This document shows positions 38,916-49,065 of a DNA stretch of 64,000 nucleotides, piece by piece. This DNA is from Dehalococcoidia bacterium. GTDB lineage: Bacteria > Chloroflexota > Dehalococcoidia > UBA6926. Numbering within the stretch: the first letter of the stretch is position 1; each line of letters starts with the position of its first letter. The position numbers and the translations under genes are program-made. The notes beneath the pieces were generated by a model that was not told where the DNA came from, ran no database searches, and worked only from the letters and a program-made list of their open reading frames with translations. The stretch is from positions 1,678,485 through 1,742,484 of the forward strand of contig OZ242203.1 of assembly GCA_965206275.1 (NCBI GenBank). Direction: 5' to 3'.

Positions 38916-39596
38916 ATGAAGGTAACGACTGAATTCGATCCGGCGTACACGTATATGACAGTAGAGCTTGATCAGGGCGAATCGATCAAAGTTGAGCCCG
39001 GCGCCATGGCCACCTCGCAGGGCGTGGAAATGCACACCGGCATGACAGGCGGCGGCCTCTTCGGCAAAGTGCGCCGAATGGTCGCCGGTGAATCGTTCTT
39101 TGTGAACACGTTTACCGGAGGCCCCGGCGGTGGCTGGATTGGCATTGCCTCCACCATGCCCGGGGACATGAAGTCGTTTGATATTGAGCCGGGTCAGAAC
39201 CTGTACATACAGGGTGGTTCGTTCCTGGCATCCGATTTGAACGTTGAGCTGGACACGAAGTTCCAGGGGATGCGCGGCATGTTCAGCGGAGAAAACCTCT
39301 TCTTTCTTCGCGCCTACACGGAGCGCGGCACTGGCACGATCTACTGCAACTGCTATGGTGCAATCAAGGAACTCACCGTCTCAGGCGATCAGGAGTTGGT
39401 CGTGGACACCGGCCATCTTGTCGCGTTCTCGGACGGGGTGGAATACTCCATAGGAAAGGTCGGAGGGCTCGTCTCTCTGATCGGAGGCGGAGAGGGCCTG
39501 GTTATGAAGTTCCGTGGAGAGGGCAAGGTCTGGGTGCAGACGCGCACGATCGCTACTCTGGCCGACCTCCTGAATCCCCTCATCTCCAAAAACTGA
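38916..39596 (+). CDS. AIM24/TIGR00266-family protein
   Basis: Family-typical length and motifs: GESFF.NTF.G.G...IA and GEGLVMKF.G.G.V..Q. Confidence 0.7.
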   Translation: MKVTTEFDPAYTYMTVELDQGESIKVEPGAMATSQGVEMHTGMTGGGLFGKVRRMVAGESFFVNTFTGGPGGGWIGIASTMPGDMKSFDIEPGQNLYIQGGSFLASDLNVELDTKFQGMRGMFSGENLFFLRAYTERGTGTIYCNCYGAIKELTVSGDQELVVDTGHLVAFSDGVEYSIGKVGGLVSLIGGGEGLVMKFRGEGKVWVQTRTIATLADLLNPLISKN

Positions 39597-39619
39597 ACGA
39601 CATCCAACAGAGGAAACCA

Positions 39620-40366
39620 ATGAGTACGAACGGACAACAGCCGCCGCGCACCCGGCCGTGGGACGCATTCATCAGCGACCGCGACCGCGAAATCTATGCC
39701 AAGAGCGGCTTTGGCGCGAGCGTCGGCGTGGGCGAACGCCCCGCACTCCTGATTATCGACGCCCAATATCGCACCACAGGTGAAGGCCCCGTTCCCATTC
39801 AGGAAGCGATGGAACAGTACGCCACCGCCGTCGGTGAGGATGCTTGGCACGCAGTCGACAAAATCGAGCAACTGGTCAAGGTTTTCCGCGCCAAGGGATG
39901 GCCGGTCATGTACGCGCAGGGCGAGCGTACCGGCGTGCAAGAGGGCGCGCGCTACACGGACAAGATTCCCTCACTTTCAGCCGACTACAACCTCCCCGGC
40001 AGCCGCGGCGCGCAGATCGTCGAGCCGCTTACCCCGGAACCCAGCGATGTCATCATCTACAAGCGATTCCCGTCGATCTTCTTTGGGACGAACCTCGTCA
40101 CGCAGCTTGTCGCGGCAGGCGCAGATACCCTTGTTGTCGTCGGCTGCACCACGAGCGGATGCGTACGCGGCACTGTCGTTGACGGCATGAGCTACGGCTT
40201 CCGCTGCATCGTGCCGGAGGACTGCGTCTGGGATCGCGGGCAGGCGTCACACGCCATCAACCTGTTTGACATTGCGCAAAAGTATGCCGATGTCATGCCC
40301 CTGGACGAACTCGAACCCATCCTGGAAGCCGTGCCCGCACGCGAGCAAAGTGCCGCCACCGCGTGA
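39620..40366 (+). CDS. isochorismatase-family cysteine hydrolase
   Basis: LLIIDAQY, KRFPSIFFGTNL, VVVGCTTSGCVR (nucleophile Cys). Confidence 0.8.
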   Translation: MSTNGQQPPRTRPWDAFISDRDREIYAKSGFGASVGVGERPALLIIDAQYRTTGEGPVPIQEAMEQYATAVGEDAWHAVDKIEQLVKVFRAKGWPVMYAQGERTGVQEGARYTDKIPSLSADYNLPGSRGAQIVEPLTPEPSDVIIYKRFPSIFFGTNLVTQLVAAGADTLVVVGCTTSGCVRGTVVDGMSYGFRCIVPEDCVWDRGQASHAINLFDIAQKYADVMPLDELEPILEAVPAREQSAATA

Positions 40367-40367
40367 T

Positions 40368-40391
40368 GTCATTCCCGCGAAAGCGGGAATC
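40368..40391. repeat. REP-like module B hairpin GTCATTCCCGC-GAAA-GCGGGAATC
   Basis: 8-bp stem ATTCCCGC/GCGGGAAT. Copies at 45083-45106 and 56115-56138. Confidence 0.7.
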
Positions 40392-40397
40392 TGAATC

Positions 40398-41264
40398 ATG
40401 ACGTCTAAACCTGCAATCCTCCGCAGCCTCCTCAATGCGGACACACCTCTCGTTGTCCCATTCGCCTATGACGCCTTTTCCGCCAAGCTCATAGAGGCCG
40501 CAGGATTTCCCGCCGCCGGGATCAGCGGTTCGTCCGTTGCCGCCTCCGCATTCGGCCTGCCGGACGTCGGACTGCTCTCACGAGAGGACGTCGTAGGGCA
40601 GGCACGCCGTATCGCTGCCGCCGTCAACATCCCTGTCATCGCCGATGCCGACACCGGCTACGGTGGCCCACTGCAAGCTGCTCACACGGTACGTGCGATG
40701 GAGGACGCCGGCTTGGCGGGATTGTTCATGGAAGACCAGGAAGACCCCAAGCGCTGTGCCCACCTCGCAGGAACAGTCGTCATCTCGGTAGAGGCGATGC
40801 TGGGCAAACTGAAAGCCGCCCTCGGCGCGCGCCGCGACAAGGATTTCTACGTCATCGCCCGCACAGATGCCGTGGAGAGTGAGGGAATCGAGGGCGCGGC
40901 AAGGCGTGCCCGCGCCTATCTTGACGCGGGCGCGGACATGGCGTTCCTCGCCGGCCCAAGCACGGTGGAGGAACTGGAACAGTTCCCGAAACTGGTCGGG
41001 CAGGGCAAGTTCATGGTCGTGTTGACAGAAGGAGGGAAGACTCCCCTCCTGCCTGCGTCTCAACTCTCGGGCATGGGCTACAGCCTTATCGGCTACTCCG
41101 GACTCGCGATCGGCTCGGCCGCCAAAGCTGTGCAAGACAGCCTGAACAGCTTGAAAGAGCAGGGCAGCAACGTCAATCTTGCAGACCGCGTCATGCCTCT
41201 CAATGACCGTAATGAAATCCTCGGCCTCGCGGCATGGCAGCAGCTTGAAGAGGAAACCGATTAA
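40398..41264 (+). CDS. isocitrate lyase/PEP mutase-superfamily enzyme (methylisocitrate lyase / carboxyPEP mutase-like)
   Basis: ADADTGYGG and EDQ..PKRCAH motifs. Confidence 0.8.
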   Translation: MTSKPAILRSLLNADTPLVVPFAYDAFSAKLIEAAGFPAAGISGSSVAASAFGLPDVGLLSREDVVGQARRIAAAVNIPVIADADTGYGGPLQAAHTVRAMEDAGLAGLFMEDQEDPKRCAHLAGTVVISVEAMLGKLKAALGARRDKDFYVIARTDAVESEGIEGAARRARAYLDAGADMAFLAGPSTVEELEQFPKLVGQGKFMVVLTEGGKTPLLPASQLSGMGYSLIGYSGLAIGSAAKAVQDSLNSLKEQGSNVNLADRVMPLNDRNEILGLAAWQQLEEETD

Positions 41265-41301
41265 GAGCGCATAATTCTGGTTTATCCGCTATCCTTGCAG
41301 T

Positions 41302-42213
41302 ATGCAAGCACCCCCCTTGTTAGAAGCGACCAATCTCACGAAGCGCTACGGTAGAGTCCTCGCCCTCGATAACGTCACATTTACCGTCGGTGATGGCATT
41401 ACGGGTCTCCTGGGGCCAAACGGCGCGGGGAAAAGCACAGCAATCAAGCTCTTCCTCGGCCTGCTTCAACCCACACAGGGCGCTGCCGAAGTGATGGGAG
41501 CCCAGCCCTACCACGATGTCAACGCGCGTTCCCTCATCGGCTACATGCCCGAGCATGACTGTCTCCCAACGTCTGTCAACGCCTCGGAGTTCCTGACCCA
41601 CATGGCGCAGGTCAGCGGCCTGCCGCCCGCGCAGGCACGCACTCGCGCAGCGGACACCATGCGCCACGTCGGTCTAGATGAAGCCCGCTACCGCAGCATC
41701 GGTGAATACTCCACAGGCATGAAGCAGCGCGTAAAACTTGCGCAGGCCATCGTCCATGATCCCCGCCTCGTATTGCTTGACGAGCCAACTGCCGGACTCG
41801 ACCCGGGCGGGCGCGAGGAGATGCTTGATCTGGTCAAGCGGACCGGACGCGACTTCGGCATCAGCATCGTCTTCTCATCCCACCTCATGGGTGAAGTGGA
41901 GCGGACGTGCGACAACATCATCGTGTTGGAGGCGGGCCGCATCACGCATGAGGGCAGCGTTTCCGGATTCACGGAAAACACTGATGTCCTGTCGGTTGAC
42001 ATCGACTCTCGCCATGATGAGTTCATTGCCGCCCTGACCTCCCGTAGTATTGAGGCTCAGCGAGATGGCAACTCCGTGCTGGTCGGGCATGAGAGCGGCG
42101 AGCATCTTGCGGCCATCCAGGATGCGCTCATCGAGGCTGAAGCCCCCCTCCGCCGCATGGCCTACCGCCGCCGCATGCTGACCGAAATCTTCCGCGACGA
42201 ACCAACGGACTGA
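41302..42213 (+). CDS. ABC transporter ATP-binding protein
   Basis: Walker A GPNGAGKST, signature YSTGMKQR, Walker B LVLLDEP. Confidence 0.9.
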   Translation: MQAPPLLEATNLTKRYGRVLALDNVTFTVGDGITGLLGPNGAGKSTAIKLFLGLLQPTQGAAEVMGAQPYHDVNARSLIGYMPEHDCLPTSVNASEFLTHMAQVSGLPPAQARTRAADTMRHVGLDEARYRSIGEYSTGMKQRVKLAQAIVHDPRLVLLDEPTAGLDPGGREEMLDLVKRTGRDFGISIVFSSHLMGEVERTCDNIIVLEAGRITHEGSVSGFTENTDVLSVDIDSRHDEFIAALTSRSIEAQRDGNSVLVGHESGEHLAAIQDALIEAEAPLRRMAYRRRMLTEIFRDEPTD

Positions 42214-42219
42214 CCGCGT

Positions 42220-43350
42220 ATGGAATCCCGTCCTTCAGGCCAACTCTTTGACATCGGCTACCAGCGCTATGACGGCCCCCGACAGGGTCGCAACCGCGCG
42301 CGCCTTGCCCTGTTCGTCAGCGGCGTCCGCCAATCTCTTGGGCTTGGCCGAGGTGGGCGATCCAAGATCCTGCCCGTGCTCATGGTGTTGGTATCTGTCG
42401 TTCCGGCAGCAGTCATCCTCGTCATCGCCGCCATAAGCGGCGGGATCATAGATCGCCCCGTTGAACTGGGCGACTATTTCCCCATCAACACCTTGCTTCT
42501 GATGATTGTCGCGGCCATCCTCGCGCCGGGCCTCATCGTTCCTGACCGAACGGAGAATGTCCTGAGCCTCTACCTCGTCCGTCCGATGGGTGTATTTGAC
42601 TATCTCGCGGGGCGTTGGCTTGCGTTCTTTCTCGTGACGACGGTCATCATCCTCAGCGGCCCACTGCTGTTGCTCGCCGGATACATTCTCTTGTCAGAGA
42701 ACGCGGCTCAGGAGTTTCGCGATAACTGGCTCGATTTTCCCAGAGTCCTTGTTGCCGCTGCCGCTATGGGCGCATTCATCACATCCATACCGATGGCGGT
42801 TGCCGCCTTTACTCCCCGCCGCGTGTACGCCGCGGCAGTTGTTATCGGCGGCGTCCTGGTTCTGAGCACGGCCGTGGGAGTCTTGACCGAGCCCATTGAT
42901 TTCGATGGATCGTCATTTGAAACAATCGAAGAACGGCCCATCACGGATGAAGAGCTTGCCGCCGCTGAGCAATTTCTGGACGCGACACGCTCCATGCCGG
43001 ACAACGTGGAAGTCATGATCTCCGTGGAGCTCGAATCAGGAGAGACACGACAGTACCTGATGTCACGGACTGACGTTGAAGAGGCTCTCGACGGCGGAAA
43101 TGTCCGGGTATTTGAGTTGGATGAGCCGGAATCGCTCCTGGATCCTGAAACCAGTAAGTGGGTTGTGTTTACCGATCCCACGGGAGCGACAGTATTCGTC
43201 ACCGATCTGCTCTTTGAGGATGTACAGTCGAACAACTACCGCCGATTGGTCGATGAACATCCGGATTATTACCCCATCGCCGCCTATCTCGTGTGGGTAT
43301 TGGTACCCCTCGGGCTCATGTGGTGGCGCTATCGGAGGTATGCGGCATGA
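42220..43350 (+). CDS. ABC-2-type permease with large extracytoplasmic insert
   Basis: Multiple TM helices. It sits between two ABC ATPase genes. Confidence 0.65.
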   Translation: MESRPSGQLFDIGYQRYDGPRQGRNRARLALFVSGVRQSLGLGRGGRSKILPVLMVLVSVVPAAVILVIAAISGGIIDRPVELGDYFPINTLLLMIVAAILAPGLIVPDRTENVLSLYLVRPMGVFDYLAGRWLAFFLVTTVIILSGPLLLLAGYILLSENAAQEFRDNWLDFPRVLVAAAAMGAFITSIPMAVAAFTPRRVYAAAVVIGGVLVLSTAVGVLTEPIDFDGSSFETIEERPITDEELAAAEQFLDATRSMPDNVEVMISVELESGETRQYLMSRTDVEEALDGGNVRVFELDEPESLLDPETSKWVVFTDPTGATVFVTDLLFEDVQSNNYRRLVDEHPDYYPIAAYLVWVLVPLGLMWWRYRRYAA

Positions 43351-44309
43351 GTACAGATGAGGCCGCTGTGGACAACAACACTGAGCCTTCTTCGGACGCC
43401 ACCATCGTTGTTGACAACGTGTCGAAATGGTTCGGCAATGTCGTCGCCGTCAACGAGGTGTCGCTGGAGTTCGGCCCCGGCATCACCGGCCTCCTTGGTC
43501 CGAACGGCGCGGGAAAAACCACGCTTCTCCACATGATGACCGGCCTATCCGCAACATCGCGTGGAGAAGTGAGGGTGCTGGGACAGCCGGTGCGCGGCGA
43601 TACGCAGCTCTACCGCCAAATCGGTGTCATGACGGAACATCAGGCTGTCTACGATTTCTATACGGGCCGCGAATTCGTTGAGCTGTCCGCTCGGATGCAC
43701 AAGCTGGACAACATTCCCGACTCCGTGCAGCGCGCGATTGAAGCCGTCAACATGACTGACGCGCAGAACCGACGCCTGTCTACGTATTCACGCGGCATGA
43801 GGCAGCGGATGCGCCTGGCCGCCACACTCGTGCATGATCCACCCATCCTCGTACTGGATGAACCGTTGAACGGCACCGATCCACGCCAACGGCTGGAGTT
43901 TCATGATCTCGCGCGGAGCCTCGCCGCAGAGGGACGAACGATAGTCGTCTCTTCTCACATCCTCGAAGAAGTGGAGACACTTGCGGACAACATCGTCCTC
44001 ATGGTTAGCGGCAAACTCGCTGCCTCTGGTGATTTCCGCTCCATCCGCGCCCTGCTGGATGACCGTCCGTATCAGATCCGCGTTACTTCCACCAACCCGC
44101 GCGCTCTGGCCGGTGGCCTCATCGGTAGTGACGCCGTCACGTCCGTCACCATGGAGGACGACGGCTCCATCCTTTTCCTGACCAACGACTTGCCGTCATT
44201 GCAGTTGCAGCTTGCCGGCGTTGCGCGTGACGCGGGCGCGGTGCTTCAGACCGTAGAACCGCAGGACGAATCGCTGGAAAGCGTGTTCACCTACATCGTG
44301 GAGCGATAG
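43347..44309 (+). CDS. ABC transporter ATP-binding protein
   Basis: GPNGAGKTT, YSRGMRQR, ILVLDEP. ATGA overlap with the upstream gene at 43347-43350. Confidence 0.9.
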   Translation: MSTDEAAVDNNTEPSSDATIVVDNVSKWFGNVVAVNEVSLEFGPGITGLLGPNGAGKTTLLHMMTGLSATSRGEVRVLGQPVRGDTQLYRQIGVMTEHQAVYDFYTGREFVELSARMHKLDNIPDSVQRAIEAVNMTDAQNRRLSTYSRGMRQRMRLAATLVHDPPILVLDEPLNGTDPRQRLEFHDLARSLAAEGRTIVVSSHILEEVETLADNIVLMVSGKLAASGDFRSIRALLDDRPYQIRVTSTNPRALAGGLIGSDAVTSVTMEDDGSILFLTNDLPSLQLQLAGVARDAGAVLQTVEPQDESLESVFTYIVER

Positions 44310-44312
44310 AAA

Positions 44313-45074
44313 ATGCTGACGGTCTTTTTCCTTACGCTCCGCCAGCTCACCGGCACACGCCGACAGGCCATCCTATGGCTCTTTGCTGCCCTCCCCGTCG
44401 CGCTCGCCATTCTCATTCGCAACCTCACCGACGATTACCAGGACATCATCCTCGGACCGACGATCAGTCTCGTCCTCATACCCATCGTGCTGCCCCTGGT
44501 CGTTGCCATCCTTGCCACAACTGCCCTCGGTGAGGACGTGGAAGATCGCACCCTGTCCTATATCGTCCTGCGACCCGTCGCGCGGTGGCAGATTATTGCG
44601 GCCAAATACGTTGCCGTCATCGTTCTTGCCGCCGTGCCGCTCGTTCTCCTCGGAGGAGCGACCGCCGCAGTGGCATTCGTCGGCGATACCAATGGCGAGT
44701 CGGCCTTTGACTACGAGACCGTGATCAAACCCATCCTGGGAGTCGTGGCCGGGCTGGCTATCGGGATAGTCGCCTATTCCGCCGCATTCATGTGGCTGGG
44801 ACTGATCTCCGGACAAGCCCTCGGAATTGCCATCGTCTATGTCTTTGTTTGGGAGGGCATCGCCGCCGGTATCTTTAGTGGCATTCGATACCTGAGCATC
44901 AGGAGCTACAGCATTATCACAATGCAGGACATCGGCGGGGAACCACTTGACACCATCGGCGCAATCGCCGGTTCCCAGATCGCCCTCAACGTTGCCCTTT
45001 GGGGCGCAGCAGCCGTCGTTGTGGCCTTCCTTGTCCTCGCCCTCGTCCAGCTCCGCAACATGGACGTCCCCTAG
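44313..45074 (+). CDS. ABC-2-type permease
   Basis: Six predicted TM helices. It starts 4 nt after the ATPase stop. Confidence 0.7.
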   Translation: MLTVFFLTLRQLTGTRRQAILWLFAALPVALAILIRNLTDDYQDIILGPTISLVLIPIVLPLVVAILATTALGEDVEDRTLSYIVLRPVARWQIIAAKYVAVIVLAAVPLVLLGGATAAVAFVGDTNGESAFDYETVIKPILGVVAGLAIGIVAYSAAFMWLGLISGQALGIAIVYVFVWEGIAAGIFSGIRYLSIRSYSIITMQDIGGEPLDTIGAIAGSQIALNVALWGAAAVVVAFLVLALVQLRNMDVP

Positions 45075-45082
45075 CCCTTTCC

Positions 45083-45106
45083 GTCATTCCCGCGAAAGCG
45101 GGAATC
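45083..45106. repeat. REP-like module B
   Basis: GTCATTCCCGCGAAAGCGGGAATC is identical to 40368-40391. Confidence 0.7.
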
Positions 45107-45119
45107 CAGAACACGCCCT

Positions 45120-45144
45120 GTCATTCTGAGCGCGGCGAAGAATC
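45120..45144. repeat. REP-like module C GTCATTCTGAGCGC[G/A]GCGAAGAATC
   Basis: Second copy at 49877-49901 (24/25). Confidence 0.7.
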
Positions 45145-45232
45145 TAGAGTCTCATTTGTGCGAGGCAACGCACCCTTTCCACCTGAATCCCATATGATTT
45201 CCCCATAGAACTTCACCCGAACGGAGACCCAT

Positions 45233-46597
45233 ATGCCATTCGACACACTCATCCGCGGCGGCGACGTTGTGCTGCCATACGGCGGCGGCCTCCGCCGCTT
45301 GGACCTCGCTATTACTGAGGGCCGCGTTGCTGCTCATCTTGAACCCGGCGCGGACGCCGAAGCCACCGAAACCATCGACGCCACGGGCAAGGTCATCCTC
45401 CCCGGCGTCATTGACCCTCACACCCACCTGAATCTCGGCGAGGCTGAGACGGCCTTCGAGACCGAAACCCGCGCCGCCGCCCTACACGGCATCACTACCC
45501 TCATCCACTTCCTCATGTCCAACGATCCGTATGAGGCTGAGTACAAGCAATACCGGGAGTGGGGCGATTCCCAGAGCCTGATTGACTACGCCCTCCACGC
45601 CATCATCTCCACACGCGAGCAGCTTGCCGAAATCGACAAGTACATTGATGAATTCGGTATCGGCAGTTTCAAATTCTTCATGAGCTTCCGCGGCGAGGAA
45701 GGCGCGTATATCGGCCTCCCGCCCATCGACGATGGCCTCATGTACGAAATAATGGAGAAACTCGGCCAGCGTCCTGGATCGGTCCTGTGCGTCCACACGG
45801 AGAACATCGAAGTTGTGTGGTCAATCCGTAAGAGATTGGAAGAATCAGGCCGCGATGATCTCAAGGCGTGGCATGAGTCACGTCCGCCGTTCACCGAGGC
45901 CGAAGCCGCCGTTCGCACGATGCTTTTTGGCCGCGAGACCGACTCTCCTCCCTACATCGTCCACACAACCTCCGCCGAAACCCTTCAAGCCGTCCGCACG
46001 TTCCGACGTGATGGCGGCAGCGCCTATGTCGAAACGTGTCCCCACTACCTCTCCCATACCTATGAGTCGCCTGTTGGCACGTTCGGCAAACAGAATCCGC
46101 CTCTTCGTAGCCCCGAAGATCAGGCTGCGCTGTGGGAGGCAATCGCTGATGGCACGGTCGACACGATCGGCTCTGACCATGCCGCCCGCCTTGGCGATCG
46201 CAAGCAGGGCACCATCTGGAGCGCGTCGCCGGGCCAGCCCAACATGCCCATGATTCTGCCCGTCATGCTCCACAATGGTGTCCGTGAGCGTGGTCTTCCG
46301 CTTGAACGAGTTGCGGAGGTCACGTCGGCCAACGTCGCTCGCATCTTCGGAATGTGGCCGCAAAAGGGCTCCTTGCAGGTGGGCGCTGACGCCGACATCG
46401 CCATCGTTGACATGGACGAAACCCGGACCGTCACCGCCGCCGGCCTGCAGGGCCGCGCCGACTACTCAATCTATGAGGGCATGTCCTACACCGGCTGGCC
46501 TGTCCGCACGCTTGTCCGCGGAAAAACAGTCACTGAAAACGGCAAAGTTGTAGCATCTGGGGGTGACGGTCGGTATATTTATCGTTCAGTAGGGTAG
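45233..46597 (+). CDS. dihydropyrimidinase/hydantoinase-type cyclic amidohydrolase
   Basis: PGVIDPHTHL, FKFFM (carbamylated Lys context), GSDHA. Confidence 0.85.
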   Translation: MPFDTLIRGGDVVLPYGGGLRRLDLAITEGRVAAHLEPGADAEATETIDATGKVILPGVIDPHTHLNLGEAETAFETETRAAALHGITTLIHFLMSNDPYEAEYKQYREWGDSQSLIDYALHAIISTREQLAEIDKYIDEFGIGSFKFFMSFRGEEGAYIGLPPIDDGLMYEIMEKLGQRPGSVLCVHTENIEVVWSIRKRLEESGRDDLKAWHESRPPFTEAEAAVRTMLFGRETDSPPYIVHTTSAETLQAVRTFRRDGGSAYVETCPHYLSHTYESPVGTFGKQNPPLRSPEDQAALWEAIADGTVDTIGSDHAARLGDRKQGTIWSASPGQPNMPMILPVMLHNGVRERGLPLERVAEVTSANVARIFGMWPQKGSLQVGADADIAIVDMDETRTVTAAGLQGRADYSIYEGMSYTGWPVRTLVRGKTVTENGKVVASGGDGRYIYRSVG

Positions 46598-46626
46598 GCC
46601 GATAAGTCTGGCCAAAGGGGGCGATT

Positions 46627-49035
46627 ATGTCAGGTCCGCTGTCTCATCTGCGAGTTGTCGACGTTACGGCCTCGCTTGCAGGAGCCTACGCCGCCCGCCT
46701 CCTCGGCGAACTTGGCGCGGACGTCGACCGCGTCCGCCGTATGCGAAATCTCTACGTCCGTCTCAAGGGACGGGAGATGCCGGAATGGGATCCGCTCCTC
46801 CACCGCTCCCTCAACGCGAACAAGGCCCACCGCTCTGACACTGACGCAGAAACCGTCACGCCCGAATCCTTGCTGGCAGTGCTGGATGGACAGGACATCC
46901 TCATCGAAGACATCGGGATGTTCGACGGCGATACCCCGTTTGTGGATTGGGATGCCGTCCATTCCCGCTATCCCCACCTGAGCGTCGTTTCCCTTACGCC
47001 CTACGGCAAAGACGCCCCGTTGGCCGATCTGCCGCCAAGCGATCTAGCAACATGGGCTCTCTGCGGCATGGCGTGGACAACCCCCGGCCCGCCTGACACG
47101 ACCTATGACCTCCCCAATGAGCCGCCGCTCATGCCCACAGGTGCATCCGTTCCATCCCTGATGGCCGGCGCAATCAGCGTCGTTGGAACGCTCGCCACGC
47201 TCTATGCCGACTCCGGCAGTGGCAACGGCACAGGGCCGAGAGTGACCGGCACGCGCATCGAGCTGTCCGAACTGGAGGCGATCACAGCCCTCAACTACCA
47301 TCCGGTCACACAGCGCGAGTACTTGGAATATGTGCTTGATCGTGGCCCGAACGTCCTAGCCCGGCAACCCAACTGCTACATCCCGTGCAAGGACGGCTAC
47401 ATCGTCATCGTCGCCATGAGTCCCCGCCACTGGGAGCAGTTCGCTGAGGTCATGGGCAGCCCCGAATGGGCGTACACCGAGGATTTTGACGACGGCACAA
47501 AGCGTGCCATGAACTGGGATGCTGTCAGCGTCCTCATGACCAACTGGACGATGGAGTACACCGGTGAGGAAATCACCACTGAACTGCAGGCTCGAAACAT
47601 CCCCGCGTTCTGGGCAACTTCCCTTGAAGAGGTGATAACCCATGAGCACGTCAAAGCACGCCGCTACGTTCGCCATATAGAGACGCAGGACGGACAGGAA
47701 ATCCCGTTCACCGGCGCGCCGTTCATCCTGACCGGCTACCCGCGAAACGAGGACGGCAAGCCGGAAGCAGACAGTTCCGTTCCCGCGCCGTCGGTCAATG
47801 GCGCTGCCGCGCCGCACCCTGCCTCAACCCCATCGCTGCCCCTCCAGGGCCTCCGTGTCGTGGACTTCGGCCAATACATCGCGATACCGTACTGCGCCAA
47901 GTGGCTCGCCGCCCTCGGCGCGGATGTTATCCAGGTGGAGAGCCGTGAGAACCCTGCCGACTTTCGCAATTCCCCGCCGTTCGCCGCCCAGATCCCGGGC
48001 ATGAACCGCGCGGGCGCATATAACACCCTCAGCATGGGCAAGCGCGCCATCCCCATCAATCTCCGCACTGAGGAGGGCAGGGATGTCGCTCGCCGCCTCT
48101 GCGCCACCGCCGACATCGTGCTCGAGAATTTCTCGACTGGCCTGATGGAGCGATGGGGCCTTGGCTACAACGACATTGCCCATCTCAACCCGCGTGTCAT
48201 CTACACGTCTGTCGCTGCGTTTGGCAGGAGCGGCCCGCTCAAGGACTACAGCGGTCTGCACAGCATCATCAACGCCTTCTGCGGCCTTGCGGATGTCACC
48301 GGCTACACAGATGGCCACCGCCGACTGCTCGGCTCCTACTTCCCGGATGTTGTTTCCGCCACCTACGCCACCATGGCCACGCTGACGGCCCTGCATGACC
48401 GCAAGCGAACGGGTATGGGGCATCACGTCGATGTCGCAATGACCGAAGCCCTGATGACGCTCATCACGGAGCCGATGGTCGCGCGAGCGACGGGCAGCTA
48501 CACACCCATTCGCGACGGTTCACACCACCCGTTCCACGCCCCGCACAACGTCTATGCAACGAGCGGCGATGACCAATGGATCGCTATCACTGCCCGTACT
48601 GACGCTGAATGGGCCGGCTTGTGCAGCGTCATAGACGGCCTTGCGAACGATGATCGCTTTGCCACGCCTGAATCGCGCAAGCAGAACGAGAGTGCCCTTG
48701 ATGAGATCATCGCGGCTTGGGCGTCTTCACGTGACAAATACGAGACAGCCGACCAGCTGGCCGCCGCAGGCGTGTCCGTCGCTCCCATCCTTGATCCGCT
48801 GGAAGTTGTCGAGCACCCGCACCAACAGGCACGCGGCTTCTTTGCCACGATCGACCATCCCGAGGCCGGTCCACGTCGTACTGCCAAGGTGCCGTGGCAA
48901 GTGAACGGCGAGTACGCGGGTGAATTGCGCCGCGCGCCGATGCTCAACGAGCATACGGACGACATCCTCACTGAGATCCTTGGCATTGGCCAGGAAGAAA
49001 CGAAAGAACTGGTAGCCGCCGACGCACTCAGATAA
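46627..49035 (+). CDS. tandem-fused double family III CoA-transferase (two CaiB/BaiF-like halves)
   Basis: LRVVDVTASLAGAYAARLLGELGADV at the N-terminus, and a second LRVVDFGQYIAIPYCAKWLAALGADVIQVE around residue 410. Confidence 0.8.
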   Translation: MSGPLSHLRVVDVTASLAGAYAARLLGELGADVDRVRRMRNLYVRLKGREMPEWDPLLHRSLNANKAHRSDTDAETVTPESLLAVLDGQDILIEDIGMFDGDTPFVDWDAVHSRYPHLSVVSLTPYGKDAPLADLPPSDLATWALCGMAWTTPGPPDTTYDLPNEPPLMPTGASVPSLMAGAISVVGTLATLYADSGSGNGTGPRVTGTRIELSELEAITALNYHPVTQREYLEYVLDRGPNVLARQPNCYIPCKDGYIVIVAMSPRHWEQFAEVMGSPEWAYTEDFDDGTKRAMNWDAVSVLMTNWTMEYTGEEITTELQARNIPAFWATSLEEVITHEHVKARRYVRHIETQDGQEIPFTGAPFILTGYPRNEDGKPEADSSVPAPSVNGAAAPHPASTPSLPLQGLRVVDFGQYIAIPYCAKWLAALGADVIQVESRENPADFRNSPPFAAQIPGMNRAGAYNTLSMGKRAIPINLRTEEGRDVARRLCATADIVLENFSTGLMERWGLGYNDIAHLNPRVIYTSVAAFGRSGPLKDYSGLHSIINAFCGLADVTGYTDGHRRLLGSYFPDVVSATYATMATLTALHDRKRTGMGHHVDVAMTEALMTLITEPMVARATGSYTPIRDGSHHPFHAPHNVYATSGDDQWIAITARTDAEWAGLCSVIDGLANDDRFATPESRKQNESALDEIIAAWASSRDKYETADQLAAAGVSVAPILDPLEVVEHPHQQARGFFATIDHPEAGPRRTAKVPWQVNGEYAGELRRAPMLNEHTDDILTEILGIGQEETKELVAADALR

Positions 49036-49065
49036 GGGGAACCAACGCGCGCAGGTGTCGAGCAG

